A stretch of DNA of 63,794 nt, counting the filler, from Octopus bimaculoides (taxonomy: Eukaryota), in NCBI RefSeq assembly GCF_001194135.2. It is 5 parts of 5 records of this genome, joined end to end, with 100 filler letters (N's around TTAATTAATTAA, not from the genome) between each part and the next. Parts side by side here need not be neighbours in the genome. Positions count along the whole stretch, not along the records: positions 49,266 to 58,303 come from NC_068990.1; positions 58,404 to 62,609 come from NC_069009.1; positions 62,710 to 63,794 come from NC_068997.1; 2 more parts are not named here. One strand, written 5' to 3'. Of this stretch, positions 51,961-63,794 are shown one piece after another; the stretch's first letter is position 1, and the number at the start of each line of letters is the position of its first letter. The notes beneath the pieces were generated by a model that saw only the letters and a list, made by a program, of their open reading frames with translations, was not told where the DNA came from and searched no databases. Position numbers and translations under genes: made by a program.

Positions 51961-52832
51961 TCAATGCATGTATGTGTGTATGTATATGTAAATGTATATA
52001 TGAATGTATTTATGTACGTCGGTGCGTATACATAAGATATGTATGTGTACCTGTGTGCACCTGTATATACTATATATTATACTATGTATTGTGTGCGCGC
52101 ACAAATACACACTCACTCACACACACGTACACGGCAGACTTCTGGGAAAAGAGAGAAAGTAAGGAGAGACGGAAGGGAATAAGAGAGAGAATGAGAGAGA
52201 TAACTATATGAAAGAAGGCAGAGAAAGAAAAAGCATATCACCAGGAAAAGGTTGACAAATACAAAGAGAGGGGTTTGTCAACCCCATCCCTAACCCTGGG
52301 AGGAGAATGAGAAACCGAGGTCACTTTTATAATCTGAATTTCACAGGAAAACAGATAGAATTGCTTTGCCATATAATGTTCAATATTATCGATCACACAC
52401 ACACACGAAAAAAAAGATGAGGCAATGTCTTTTCTTGATTTATTCTTGTTGAAATTTTTTATTTATCGAGAAAGTGATTATATTTAAATTTGTTTACTTC
52501 CTTCAATTGTTCAGTTGGCGGTCGGTTGTTACTTGACGACTCTGTCTGTCGATTAATATTTCGCTTTATTTTATTCTATTTTTCCTTTTCCTTTCTTTTT
52601 TTTTTCTGGGTTGATCGAGTTCATCTGAATCGTTTTTTTACATCTCATTATTCTCCTCAGCCCAGACGGAAATAATGTTTTACACGACGAAGCCCTCAGC
52701 CAGTTGAGAAAAAAAAATCTAGTGGTGGAATTAACAGACGGTTTTTGCACAGTGTGTGCGCCACTCCCCGAATACACACACACACACGCAGGTTCAATTT
52801 AACGATGCTTTGGTCTTCATTTACAAGTCTCC

Positions 52833-52863
<31 letters not shown>

Positions 52864-53711
52864 TGACCACTCAAGACGTCTTGTACTTCTGATGTGCAGA
52901 TTATTATGTGCAGTTAATTTAACTTTGCTACTGAACAATAATGGTGAGTGTATTTTTGCTCTTGATTGTTTCATGTTTACCAATCCATCTGACTTCAATT
53001 AACCTTACTGTCCTTTACATAACCCTGCAAAGCCCATGTATAAAGTTTTTTTTTCCTCACGCAACACAGATAAAAGATATGGATGTTTTATATACCAGTC
53101 GTTTCATCTGCAGATCGTTATCAAAAGTGCTCCCAAGCAAGTAGCAATAGAGTCCTCATAATGAATCGAATCACTGATGGGGTTAGCCTTTTATAACTCA
53201 GGTTTCAAAAGATTCTTGAAAAGTTTTGACTGTGTCCAGTATGGTGATATAGTGCACTGGAGGTTTGTGTGGTAGCATCTATTTTTATAGGAAAATGGAG
53301 GAAATCGGGGTAGAATAGATGGAGTAGACTTGTTAGGGTAGAATAGTCGTGAAAAGATGCTGTTAATGAGACAGTAAAAATGATGAGAGGAGGGTCGATG
53401 CTTGTATCAGATTGGCCTAAGGAAATGCTATGTGCAGTTTACTTGCTTTGAGTGCTACATACCATTATGATGATCACAGATTGAAGAAACGACACACTTG
53501 TGAGCCAATGGTTACAGCGTGTTGGTACATCAGTCTTTGGCCATCTTTTAGGAACGGTCTATGATGTATATCAGTGGATCATTCCTACTCAACTTGAATT
53601 TGCAGTTCAGCTTTGTCAAATTCCAGCAATTAATAAGCGCTGAAGAATTGTCTTCTCTTGGAGAGAGACTTGCTTTTGGGATGCAGTTTTTAAATTGTTA
53701 TATAAGTTCGC

Positions 53712-54037
53712 TGTGAAAGCGCGTGGTTTAGTGTTTAGGTTAATAGACCCACAATCGTAAGGTTGTGAGTTCGATACCCAGGCGGTGCGTTGTGTCCTTG
53801 AGCAAGACACATTATTTCTCGTTGCTCCAGTCCACTCAGCTGGCAAAAAACTAGTTATACCTGTGTTTCAAAGGGCCAGCTTTGTCACATTCTGTGTGTC
53901 ACGCTGAATCTCCCTGAGAACTACGTTAAGGGAACACGTGTCTGTGAAGTATTCAGCCACTTTCACGTTAATTTCACGAGTAGGCTGTTCTGCTGATCGG
54001 ATCAAATGGAAGACTCGTCGTCGTAACCGACGGAATA
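53712..54037 (+). mobile_element. tRNA-derived SINE family A-related
   Basis: GCGCGTGGTTTAGTG A-box, GTTCGATACC B-box, GTGTCCTTGAGCAAGACAC CORE-like box, and the tail shared with family A. Confidence 0.85.
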
Positions 54038-54157
54038 CCTGTTATATAAGTTCGCTATGAATGGTCATCATTATAGCGACTCAGAGGATTTTAACTGAGT
54101 ATCGTTCATGTAAGTGCGGAGGAGAGTGAAATATTTCTATATTATTCTGTGGAGCGA

Positions 54158-54990
54158 TAAGGCGGTGAGCTGGTAGAATCGTTTGCACATCGGTCAAAAT
54201 GCTTAGCGGCATTTCGCTCGTCTTTAAGTTCAAATTCCGCCGAGGTTGACTTTGCCTCTAATCCTTTCGGGTTCGATAAAATAAGTAGCAGTTGAGCACT
54301 GGGGTCAATGTAATCGACTTACGTCCTTCCTCAGAAATTACTGATCTTGTGCCGAAATTAGAAACCAATATAAAGAAGGAAAAGTAAAAGAGACATGAAG
54401 GAAAGATCCAGGTTGGCAAGATTTAAGGGAATGTTGGATGGAGAAAGACGTGTCATAACAAATTGTAATAGTGCAGTCTCTAGGAACCACCTGACGCACG
54501 AGATGAGAAATGAACGGTGACTAAAGAGGAAATGAAACTCAGAGATTCTAATGGCAGACATAGTTGAAACCTTTGTTGATGTCGTCAACGGCTGCAACAT
54601 GGCTTTCGTCGAAATTATGGTTTGTCAAGGCGGCGAGCTGGCAGAAATATTAGCACACCGGACGAAATGCTTAGCGGTATTTCGTCTGTCTTTACGTTCT
54701 GAGTTCAAATTCCGCCGAGGTTGACTTTGCCTCCCATCCTTTCTACGTCGATCAATTAAGTACCAGTTGCGTCCTGGGGTCGATCTAATCGAGTGACCCT
54801 TCCCCCAAAATTTCGGGCCTTGTGTCTAGAGTAGAAAAGGAAATTAAGGTGTGTGATGTACAACAGAAGTGTCGAAAAAAATACCTTGCATCATTTTTTC
54901 TAGATCTTTAGAGTCTGAGTTCAAATCCCGCCGAGTTCAATTTTGTTTTTCACTTTTTCAGGGTCAATAGAATATGCTATCAGTCAAGTA
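54158..54990 (+). mobile_element. Three co-oriented SINE family B copies
   Basis: Copies at ~54158-54365, 54626-54840 and 54840-54990. Further copies lie at ~12200, 15229, 44360 and 49700. Confidence 0.8.
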
Positions 54991-55157
54991 CTGAGATCCC
55001 CACTCATGTCCCTTTGAGCCTCGAAAACCGTTATTATAACAACAATGTCGCTGCTGTTTTATATATTTTGACAAAACCCAAAATAGATTTTGCTGAGAAA
55101 GAAGAATTATGGTAAAGCAGAGAATTGAGTTTTGCATTGTTGTCAGTTTTTCCCGGT

Positions 55158-55362
55158 TTGTATGTATGTATGTATGTATGTATGTATGTATGTATGTATG
55201 TATGTATGTATGTCTGTATGCATGCATGTATGTACGTATGTATTATGTATGTATGTATGTATGTACGTATGTTTGTATGTATGTATGCATGTATGTATGT
55301 ACGTATGTATGTATGTATGTATGTACGTATGTGTGTATGCATATATGTACGTATGTACGTGA

Positions 55363-55393
<31 letters not shown>

Positions 55394-55768
55394 CATGTAT
55401 GTAGGTATGTATGTACGTGTGTGTGTATGCATATATGTACGTATGTACGTGTGTGTGTATGTATGTATGTAAGTGTGTGTGTATGTATGTACGTATGTAC
55501 GTATGTGTGTATGTATGTATGTATGTATGTATGTATGTATGTAGGTACGTGTGTGTGTATGTATGTATGTATGTATGTATGTGTGTGTGTATATATGTAT
55601 GTACGTATGTATGTATGTGTGTGTGTGTATGCGTGTCTGATTGTATGTACGTGTGTATATGTATGTACGTATGTTCGTGTCTGTGTATGTATGTATGCAT
55701 GTATGTATGTATGTATGTATGTATGTATGTATGTATGTATGTATGTATGTATGTATGTATGTATGTAT
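55158..55768. repeat. Long (TGTA)n-based compound microsatellite
   Basis: Directly visible; source of several spurious ORFs. Confidence 0.98.
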
Positions 55769-56381
55769 ACCTATTTTCGGCATCTGTACTATTTCTGCAG
55801 TCTTCTCTACGTTTTACTTCAGATTTCATTTTGATTTCTTCAGATAGTTTGTTTTATTTCTTCCAAATTCTTTATCTTCCAGAGTCACTATTTGCATTTA
55901 TTTAGAATTTCTTCCTCTTTGTGCGTCGTTGTTTTCTGTCAAAATGGCTGTGTATATTTGTCACAACAGTCTATTGTAGCTAACGTAATCTGTGTTTAGT
56001 TTCTCAATGTTTTTTCATTATGCTTTCAGGCATCTGTAAATGTCGTATTTTATATTTCTTGTTTTATGAATATTATCTCACGATGTTTTTCTCACTTGTT
56101 TTTAATAATATTTCTTTTTCTACATTAAGCAGAACAGTGGCTAACATTCACAGCCTGACATTTCGATAATTTTGTTATTCTCTTATATTTTGTCATGTTT
56201 GTCTCTTCACTTTTGAGCTGTTTTTCTTCAATAAAGAAATTTTCTGCCAGTTCTAAACTGAATAAAAATGTTTGTATCTACACTCACCGATTGGGCGTAT
56301 ATATATATATAAAAAATGTCTGTTTCTTCGTTTTTTGTATTTGGTTTGCAAGGTTCTTGATGTGAAATCGTATGTTGTAAC

Positions 56382-56567
56382 AAATCTTGTTCTGTCTTGG
56401 TAGGGTCATTACTCCAATAATAATGATACACGCACTGGTTCAATATTACTTCTTTTTTGTTAGTCAATTGGTCAGATATTTAACCAGTTGACAATAAAGA
56501 AGTGAAATTGAACAAGTGCGTGTGTTATTATTATCGGCGTAATGACCCTCCAGGACACAACAAGATT
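56382..56567. repeat. Long imperfect palindrome in a dispersed repeat family
   Basis: Arms TCTTGTTCTGTCTTGGTAGGGTCATTAC... / ...GTAATGACCCTCCAGGACACAACAAGA. A second family member lies at 46249-46651. Confidence 0.85.
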
Positions 56568-56864
56568 TTTTGTTTCTTGTTTTCTAAGAAGGAATAGGCA
56601 TCCTAGTAATGGTTTCTAGTTGAGGTAGAAGAACTGCAATTTTGAGGGGAGGGGTTTCGTAAAGAAAGTTGATGATTACTTGTGCATTTCTGATGAGAGG
56701 CTTAAAATTATTTTGAAGTTAAACATTCATAAAACAATTATATAATAATTATATGATAATATATAATATGTAATGATATTCAATAATATATATATATATA
56801 TAGAAATAATACATAACATATATAATATACAGAAATAATATTTAATAATATATAGAAATAATTA

Positions 56865-57290
56865 GTCCCAAGATGCATCTCACTGGTGCTTTGAGGTGCA
56901 TCATCAGTAATGTTTCTGAGGTCTTACATAGTTTCAGATCTTTTAACATCACCCTTCCTCGTCCAACTTATTCAGTCAGTTGATCAACTCCCAGTAGGAG
57001 CAAACCATTAATGTGCCCTCTTTGTATGTCCAAAGCCACCACTTGGCCTTCTCTGCAGCTTCGATTTGTATAGCCCTACTCTTTGCTGTAGTAGTATCTC
57101 CAAGTTCAATCAAGGCTTTGAAAAGTAAACAGCCCACTTCAGTTACCTCGATTCGTGCCCACCAACCTTCGTTTCTACACTGCTCTACCAGCTCCTGGTT
57201 TTTGGTAAAGTTTCTCTGATGAACTTCTCCCGTGTGTTCTTCCCAGGACACAGAGAAAAAATAGAAATCAAATTTTTCTCGAATCAAACC
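56865..57290 (-). mobile_element. HERO/NeSL-like non-LTR 3' end
   Basis: SVSWEEH...KNQELVEQCRNEGWWARIEVTEVGC...EAAEKAKWWLW resembles HERO REL C-termini. Confidence 0.65.
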
Positions 57291-57559
57291 CTACTGTCGT
57301 CCAAAAGAGAAGGTTACATTGACAAGTGTAGCCCTACATATATAATGCTCGAGAAAACTAAACAAAAGTAAGACGAAATGACTCTGGGGTTGGTTTAATG
57401 AATGTCAACAACAAATATGCTTAAAATTTAAATTCCTCAATTTATCATTTAATTTAATTTTAGTTTCCCTTTACATAAGAGATCAGACCATTTATATAAA
57501 GGGCCAAACCTAATTGTTACTAAGTGTCGAAACTCGTGGGGGCTTTCAAGGACTGATTG

Positions 57560-58020
57560 TGCGTGGGGCCAGTTTCTTGATGTGAAGTATATGAAACAGA
57601 ACCTCTGAGAGAAATTTGGTCTGGAAGAACCAAACTACTTTCAGGCCCAGAATGGAGCAAGGTTCCTCTTAGAATTCAAGGGTATTAAGATTTTGGAGGG
57701 GAGGGTGTGGAACATCTGATTGTCATGGCACTCTTTATGACACTCTGATCCTCAGACCGACGTACGACTGAATAGCCCGTCCCTCTCTCATTGGCCCTGC
57801 TGTGAGACGGATATCTTTTGTTTTCAAACAATGCCAGACTCTCCCATTCCAGTAGTTCCGGTGATTCTTGGAACTATTCTCCATAGTGAGGCGGATACAA
57901 TGAAGGGTAGCGTCCAAATAATAAAGGCATCTTTGCGTAGGAGGCATCAACAAAGTCTTGAAGATGGCGGTCCAATACCATATACTCTAGACCATTCTGG
58001 TTCTGAGACAGCACCGTCAT
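57560..58020 (-). mobile_element. Very decayed CR1-group LINE 3' end
   Basis: Weak motifs (AFIIW, MFHTLP...SKRNL...LPDQ); many stops. Confidence 0.35.
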
Positions 58021-58085
58021 AGAAGAACAAACCGATAAGAGTAAGAAGAAAAAAGCAAAAACGCACTGGCATCGTCACTAACAAT

Positions 58086-58143
<58 letters not shown>

Positions 58144-58148
58144 GCATT

Positions 58149-58208
<60 letters not shown>
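58086..58208. repeat. (CAT)n trinucleotide repeat
   Basis: Directly visible. Confidence 0.98.
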
Positions 58209-58209
<1 letters not shown>

Positions 58210-59229
58210 GCAGCAGCTCTGCTACCACCATCACCACCGTTCACAACCATCAATAATACACCTATAATTCCAAAAATCAAAAACAACAACAGTTACAAGA
58301 ACANNNNNNNNNNNNNNNNNNNNNNNNNNNNNNNNNNNNNNNNNNNNTTAATTAATTAANNNNNNNNNNNNNNNNNNNNNNNNNNNNNNNNNNNNNNNNN
58401 NNNAATTATTTATATAGAAAATACAAAATGTTTCCGGTTTCGATGATGAATTTCATCTTATCTAATATAAATAAAAATTTGGAATTTGAAGTAAAAATAG
58501 TCCGTATATATCTTTGTTTGGTGGTTAGAACATGTCTGACATTTTTTCGTAAAGTCTTCTTTAGATATAGTTTGTTTGTAAATAATTTGGTATAAAGTTC
58601 AAGGTGTTAAACAAGGAGAAGTGTGTTGTTTGTCTGAATGAATCTTTGTGGTTTCCTGCTGAGGTAGTGGCTTAAAAGTATTTATCGAATGGGTTTTATG
58701 TCCAGCTCTGTGTGTGTATGTGCGTGTGTATGTGTGTGTATGTGTGTATGTGTTGCGTTGAATCTTCTTTCAATATATATGGAATGTGACCAGCTGTGTG
58801 TTAATGGGTGTGTATGTTGTGATCAATGTCTTATTAAGAATTCTATTAAGGAACTGCGATGTTTTCTTTCGAGTGTCTTCAGCTGTGTATTGTGTGTGTG
58901 GTTGTGTTTGTGCAGTCATATATATACATATATATATACATATATGTATACATATATACATATATGTATACATATATATATACATATATATATGTATATA
59001 TATATATANNNNNNNNNNNNNNNNNNNNNNNNNNNNNNNNNNNNNNNNNNNNNNNNNNNNNNNNNNNNNNNNNNNNNNNNNNNNNNNNNNNNNNNNNNNN
59101 NNNNNNNNNNNNNNNNNNNNNNNNNNNNNNNNNNNNNNNNNNNNNNNNNNNNNNNNNNNNNNNNNNNNNNNNNNNNNNNNNNNNNNNNNNNNNNNNNNNN
59201 NNNNNNATTTATTGATTGGTAGTGGTTGA

Positions 59230-60425
59230 ATCTATATTCAACTGTGGTTTATACTTGTTAATAAGTTGTCTTTATTTAGTTTTTGTTGTTCGTTGAAACA
59301 ATCTGACCACCTGTACAGGGGGAAAGATTTTGAAATTGGGGAAATCCATTCCTGCACAGGTTGTAATGTGAGTGCTTAAAGTGATTTTCCTCGTGTTTTT
59401 ATCTCGGATCTGATGGCGATGAATCGTCATTCTGTTGCGTAACCATCCACCCGTGTGATTACGTAAATCAGGTTTTCTGTGTTGCAGGTGAGATTGGATT
59501 TAAATTTAAAGATCTGACCGTCTTTGAATTTAAATTCTGGTCCCTCAAGTGCCGCAGTTTGTTCTTCTGCATTTTGTGCCAGTTGGGTTGAGGGTTTCTT
59601 TGTGAGTTTTTGCTCCAGTGAGAATAATTTTTAGTGTTTGGGGGCTGTCTTTTGCTTTTGATGATTTGTTGTTTTTCTAAGATTATTCTAATTTTTTCAT
59701 CTGAAAATAAAATAGAGGTGCGGTATTTGTGGATGGATGTGATCAAATATTTCGGTGTTTCTGAGATTGAGAGTTGACACAAATGGTAAGACACTTTTTG
59801 TTTTGCTTTTTGTTTTCCTAGGTTCATCGATAACCATTTGTTTATGCCGTTGGTGATTATGCGAGGAGTGAAGGCTCTTTCGATAAGTGTGTCCTTCAGT
59901 TCGTCTAGTCTTTGCTCCCCTCTTAGATGGTTCTGATACCATGGCACAAATTCGTTTGGCCAGGTTTAAGGTAATGTTGAGCTTGGTGTGTTTCGGCTGA
60001 CATGATGTAAAAAGAAGATACTGTTTGGATTCAGTGAGTTTGTAGAATGTGTCCGTTTCTATTTTCCCATCTTGATTTGTGATTAGGATATCCAGAAAGA
60101 CGAGTTCTTTGGGGTTAAACTTCATTGTGAATTTGATGCTATTGCTTAGGTTGTTTAACATATTTTAAAATTCAGGTTGTCGATGTTTTCCTGCTATAAG
60201 ATAAAGCAAACATCCAGGTGTCTTTTCCAACTGTTTCTGAGTTGTGTATGGAACGTGTGACCGAATATTACAAGATATTGGTAGTAGATCCTTTATTCAT
60301 GGACTCCCATGACTACGTTAGCGTACATGGAGGCTACTTTCGTACCCATCACCGTTCCTGATGATTGGTAGTAATCCGAACCATTGAAGGTGAAATAGTT
60401 GTTTTCAAGAATTGAATCTGAGCCC
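59230..60425 (-). mobile_element. Decayed Penelope-like element (RT plus GIY-YIG)
   Basis: ILENNYFTFNG, GTVMGTKVASMYAN, SIKFT, LVFLDI, TDTFYKLT, LLFTSCQPKH, LRNRMTIHRHQIRD. Confidence 0.88.
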
Positions 60426-60445
60426 AGAGCACTAATATATATATT

Positions 60446-62000
60446 ACTGTAACTTGTCACCAATTATGTAGTATCACCACTAACAATGACGATACTAGTT
60501 TTACACTATAAACGTGTAGTAACAATAAACTTACGACGAGGAAGGGTAACAACAATGTAATAATCAGAACAAAGTTTTCACGAACTATACGCGAACCAGC
60601 AAACGATATTCCCACAAACGACCAATACGATACCTTATGACTTGCTGCAATTAACGCCTACTCTCTGTCTCTCACTCACTCAAACCGCTACTCCTATTTA
60701 CAGTTCTTTGGTCAAGTCTGTTCTCGCAGATGGTGTCGTGATTCTCGCCACAACATCTCGCCTTTTGAGATTTCAACTTCATTAGCAAACAAAATTTTAT
60801 TTTTTTAATTTTATATTTATTTATTTATTTATTTCTCTCCCTTTTAAAATCCTTTTTTAGGGAGTTCAGTAACTTTTCCGCTTAGGAGTTATTTCTAAAT
60901 GTTGAGTCTGTTTCCGTTTCTTGTTACTGGTCAGTTTTTTTCAGTGCTGGCACATCGAACATGTCGTAAAACACTTCCATTGGAATTTCCTTCCTTTTTC
61001 TGTATGTCTGGATTTTAATTGATTTGGGTTTCGTTTATGCTCCCATCGTAGGCCTTTTATTCAATACATCATGTTTCCAATTCTTTTAGTTACTACACCA
61101 TCCTGGCAACTCCCTTTACCGTTCTTGTACACGTCGAAATGAACTTTATCTCCGACATCAAAATGTTTAGTTGCATTTTTTCCGGTTTCTCTATACTTTT
61201 TTTTCTGTGGCAACAATTTGTCGAAGATAAATTTTATCTTGCGCGTGAACACTCCCTCTGCAGGCGACTTGCCTAAACTGATATTTGGATTGGGCGTTAT
61301 TCTGTACATCTCAAAGAATTTAAGTTAGCGCTTCGTCAATTCCCAACTCGTTCTTTGCTTTTCTTAATGCTCGCCTGAAAGTGTCTACGAATCGTTCTGC
61401 TTGCCCATTTGACCTCGGGTGGTAGAGCAGGGTAAACATGTGCTTCATTGAATGCATTTTGCAGAATTTGTTAACTTGTAACCTGTAAATTGAGTTCCAT
61501 TGTTCGATACTATAATGTCCAGAACACCATTTGAAGCAAATAGTTCTGGAACTTTATTGTTGCCTTCGAAGTAGGTTAATTACGCCTACATACTTCCAGC
61601 CAATTTGTAAAGCTATCCACAATGACCAAGTAGTACACACCATTCATTGGTCCAGTGCAGTTTATATGTACCCTGAACCACGGACTATCAGTCTCAGGCC
61701 ACGACTGGTGTTTCCTTGGCTGCTAGCGCACAACTTGTACATGACTTTACCAAATTTTAAACGTTCCAGTCCATTGTCGGTCAATACACGTAACTCATCA
61801 AAGCTTTCATTCGCGACCTCTACAGGTGTCAACTATAAAATTCATGTAATACACGTTTCTGTAATGCGGTTGGAACTATCACTCTTTGTGCGTATATTAA
61901 TACATAGTCGCAGAGTGAAAAATGGTTCGCGTTTCTCTTTTGTTTATTTTCCAAGGCTTTCTTCAGTTTCATGATGTATTTGTTCTCCGCTGTTTCACTT
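60446..62000 (-). mobile_element. Ty3/Gypsy LTR retrotransposon 3' part (integrase, PPT, 3' LTR)
   Basis: SRMKALMSYVY, KSCTSCALAAK, IVSNNGTQF, YHPRSNGQAERFVDTF, YRITPNP. Purine tract AAAAGGCGAGA directly precedes TGTTGTGGCG at 60755. The LTR far end is approximate. Confidence 0.85.
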
Positions 62001-62396
62001 TTTACATCTTACACAGTCACTGGCAGCTCCTGAATGACATTAAACATAATATTTTTTATTTCCTTTCCTGATTGTAATGCGGTTATCACTGTATCTTCCA
62101 GCAGTTTTGCATTGTTTGGAATTAGCTTAGATAAACAATCCGCATGACCAATTTTCTTAGGAAGAAGGAATGTACTCCATCGCAAAGTTGTAATTTAACA
62201 ATATTGTACTCCAGCGTTGTAATTTATTTGCAGTATGGGAAGAAATTTCTTTCTTTTACGCGAAGATTGATAGTAACGGTCGGTGGTCAATCGAAAGCCG
62301 AAAACTTCTACTGTGCAAAAATCTGTGTAATTTCTGAGTGTATATTTATGTAATTACTATGTCAATGTCTATGATGTTTCTATTTCTTACTTTCAG

Positions 62397-62556
62397 CCGT
62401 CAACTTGATGCTTTGACCACTTTAATGAATCACGGCGCTGACGCAAATACGAAGGACAACCAGTACTACACCCCTCTCCATTTAGCTGCGTTGAGCGGGA
62501 AAGAATGGAAAGATTTGGTGGCAGCGTTATTACGAACAAAAAGGAAGGGGTTAAAG
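62397..62556 (+). CDS. Internal exon of an ankyrin-repeat protein
   Basis: ttcttactttcag| ... AAG|gttagt; RQLDALTTLMNHGADANTKDNQYYTPLHLAALSGKEWKDLVAALL has the L..HGAD.N..D...TPLHLAA ankyrin consensus. Confidence 0.88.
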
Positions 62557-62572
62557 GTTAGTCAAGATATAC

Positions 62573-62609
<37 letters not shown>

Positions 62610-62709
62610 NNNNNNNNNNNNNNNNNNNNNNNNNNNNNNNNNNNNNNNNNNNNTTAATTAATTAANNNNNNNNNNNNNNNNNNNNNNNNNNNNNNNNNNN
62701 NNNNNNNNN

Positions 62710-62790
<81 letters not shown>

Positions 62791-62853
62791 AGAAGAAGAA
62801 GAAGAAGAAGAAGAAGAAGAAGAAGGAGAAGAAGAAGAAGAAGAAGAAGAAGG
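62710..62853. repeat. (GAT)n-(GAC)n-(GAA)n compound trinucleotide repeat
   Basis: Directly visible. Confidence 0.97.
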
Positions 62854-63749
62854 GATAAAGAGGAGGAGACTGGGAAAAAACGCAAATTTTTATTTTGTCA
62901 CTTAATATCTCAGAAACGCCACCGAATAAAAATGTCGACAGCTGCTGGTCGCGAACAGCAAAAATGTTAGAATATCGTTTTGACGCAGTATAGACATTTT
63001 CTATTTCTTTATTATATCCGGTTCTGTAAACCATCCTCTGATTAACATGTTAATATTTCGACTTACTGTCTTGGTTCTACTTGGCACAGCCGGGTACGTT
63101 AACCAATCGGAAATAATCTGCAGTTATTTCAAGGTGATGTCATAGCGATGGGATCAACCTTTTCCCCCGAACTTTGCCAATTATTATATGTCGCGTCCCT
63201 CAGTAAGAATCAAAGGCAGGGAAAATTAATACAAAATAGGAAAGCTAAAAATAAAAGGAAAGAAACTATAAAGATAGCAATACGTAATAAAAGAAAACAA
63301 ATATAAAAATCAAAAGCAAAGAAGACAAAGTAAATATTTACCATTGATTCCGTCTTATCCTTTCTAGATTTATCGTAATGAAGGTCATGCTATTGTGGAG
63401 CAGCTTGTAATGTCCTATATTATTTACACGTGTTTCGTCTGTTTGTATTCGCCAGTCAAGTATACAAGGAACTAATTTTCCCTTCGGTGATGACAAATTC
63501 TAGAATACTGATGCTAAGTGGGATATGACAGTAAATCATCGGTGTGTATAACCAGATAAGAAAACAAACGCGCAAGTTATTTGTCTGCTAGTAGCTACGT
63601 AAGTTCAAATTCAGACAAGGTCAAACTCTCTTCATCGCAGACGCAAATATGAACGGCAAACTAACTAGATTTCTCAGTTAGCGTATGTACATATTCATTT
63701 ATGAATGTATGTCTGTGTAATTGTTTGTGTTTGTGTATGTATGTGTGTA

Positions 63750-63794
<45 letters not shown>

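Noticed and set aside
52661-52740. PDGNNVLHDEALSQL..., ankyrin-like DGN.VLH after a good acceptor
   Set aside because: Poor donor (ACG|GTTTTT) and the rest does not fit the ankyrin consensus.
55034-55905. Long ORFs (YIHT/MYVC repeats) here and across all microsatellites and N gaps
   Set aside because: They are translations of simple repeats or Ns with no coding signal.
62710-62995. Poly-Asp/poly-Glu open frame after the gap
   Set aside because: Compound trinucleotide microsatellite with no splice or homology support. It is probably intronic to the ankyrin gene.
63368-63410. IYRNEGHAIVEQL as the next ankyrin exon
   Set aside because: The acceptor and phase fit, but the donor is weak and the TPLH-type motif is missing.

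Overview
Repeat-rich, AT-rich animal genomic scaffold with many N gaps. The SINE, LINE and microsatellite content suggests an octopus/cephalopod genome (inference). Almost all ORFs in the supplied track are microsatellite or gap artefacts. Reading the sequence by hand gives one complete-looking host gene that the ORF track misses: a 6-exon, ~17.3 kb, signal-peptide-bearing (secreted/yolk-type) ferritin on + (26727-44069, ~206 aa). It retains all seven H-type ferroxidase ligands and has a Cys-pair micro-exon in the BC loop and a probable GC-AG intron. Also present are one ankyrin-repeat exon (62397-62556) and a candidate Ser/Thr/Pro-rich exon (20116-20674). The rest is decayed mobile DNA: Penelope-like elements, R4/Dong, RTE, CRE-, HERO-, Tx1- and CR1-like LINE relics, a Gypsy integrase plus LTR, mariner and hAT transposons, a hAT MITE with a perfect TSD, and three tRNA-derived SINE families. 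The most unusual non-coding signal is a family of minimal hammerhead-ribozyme-like motifs with a variant CUGUUGA core in Penelope terminal repeats. All family assignments come from motif recognition, not database searches.
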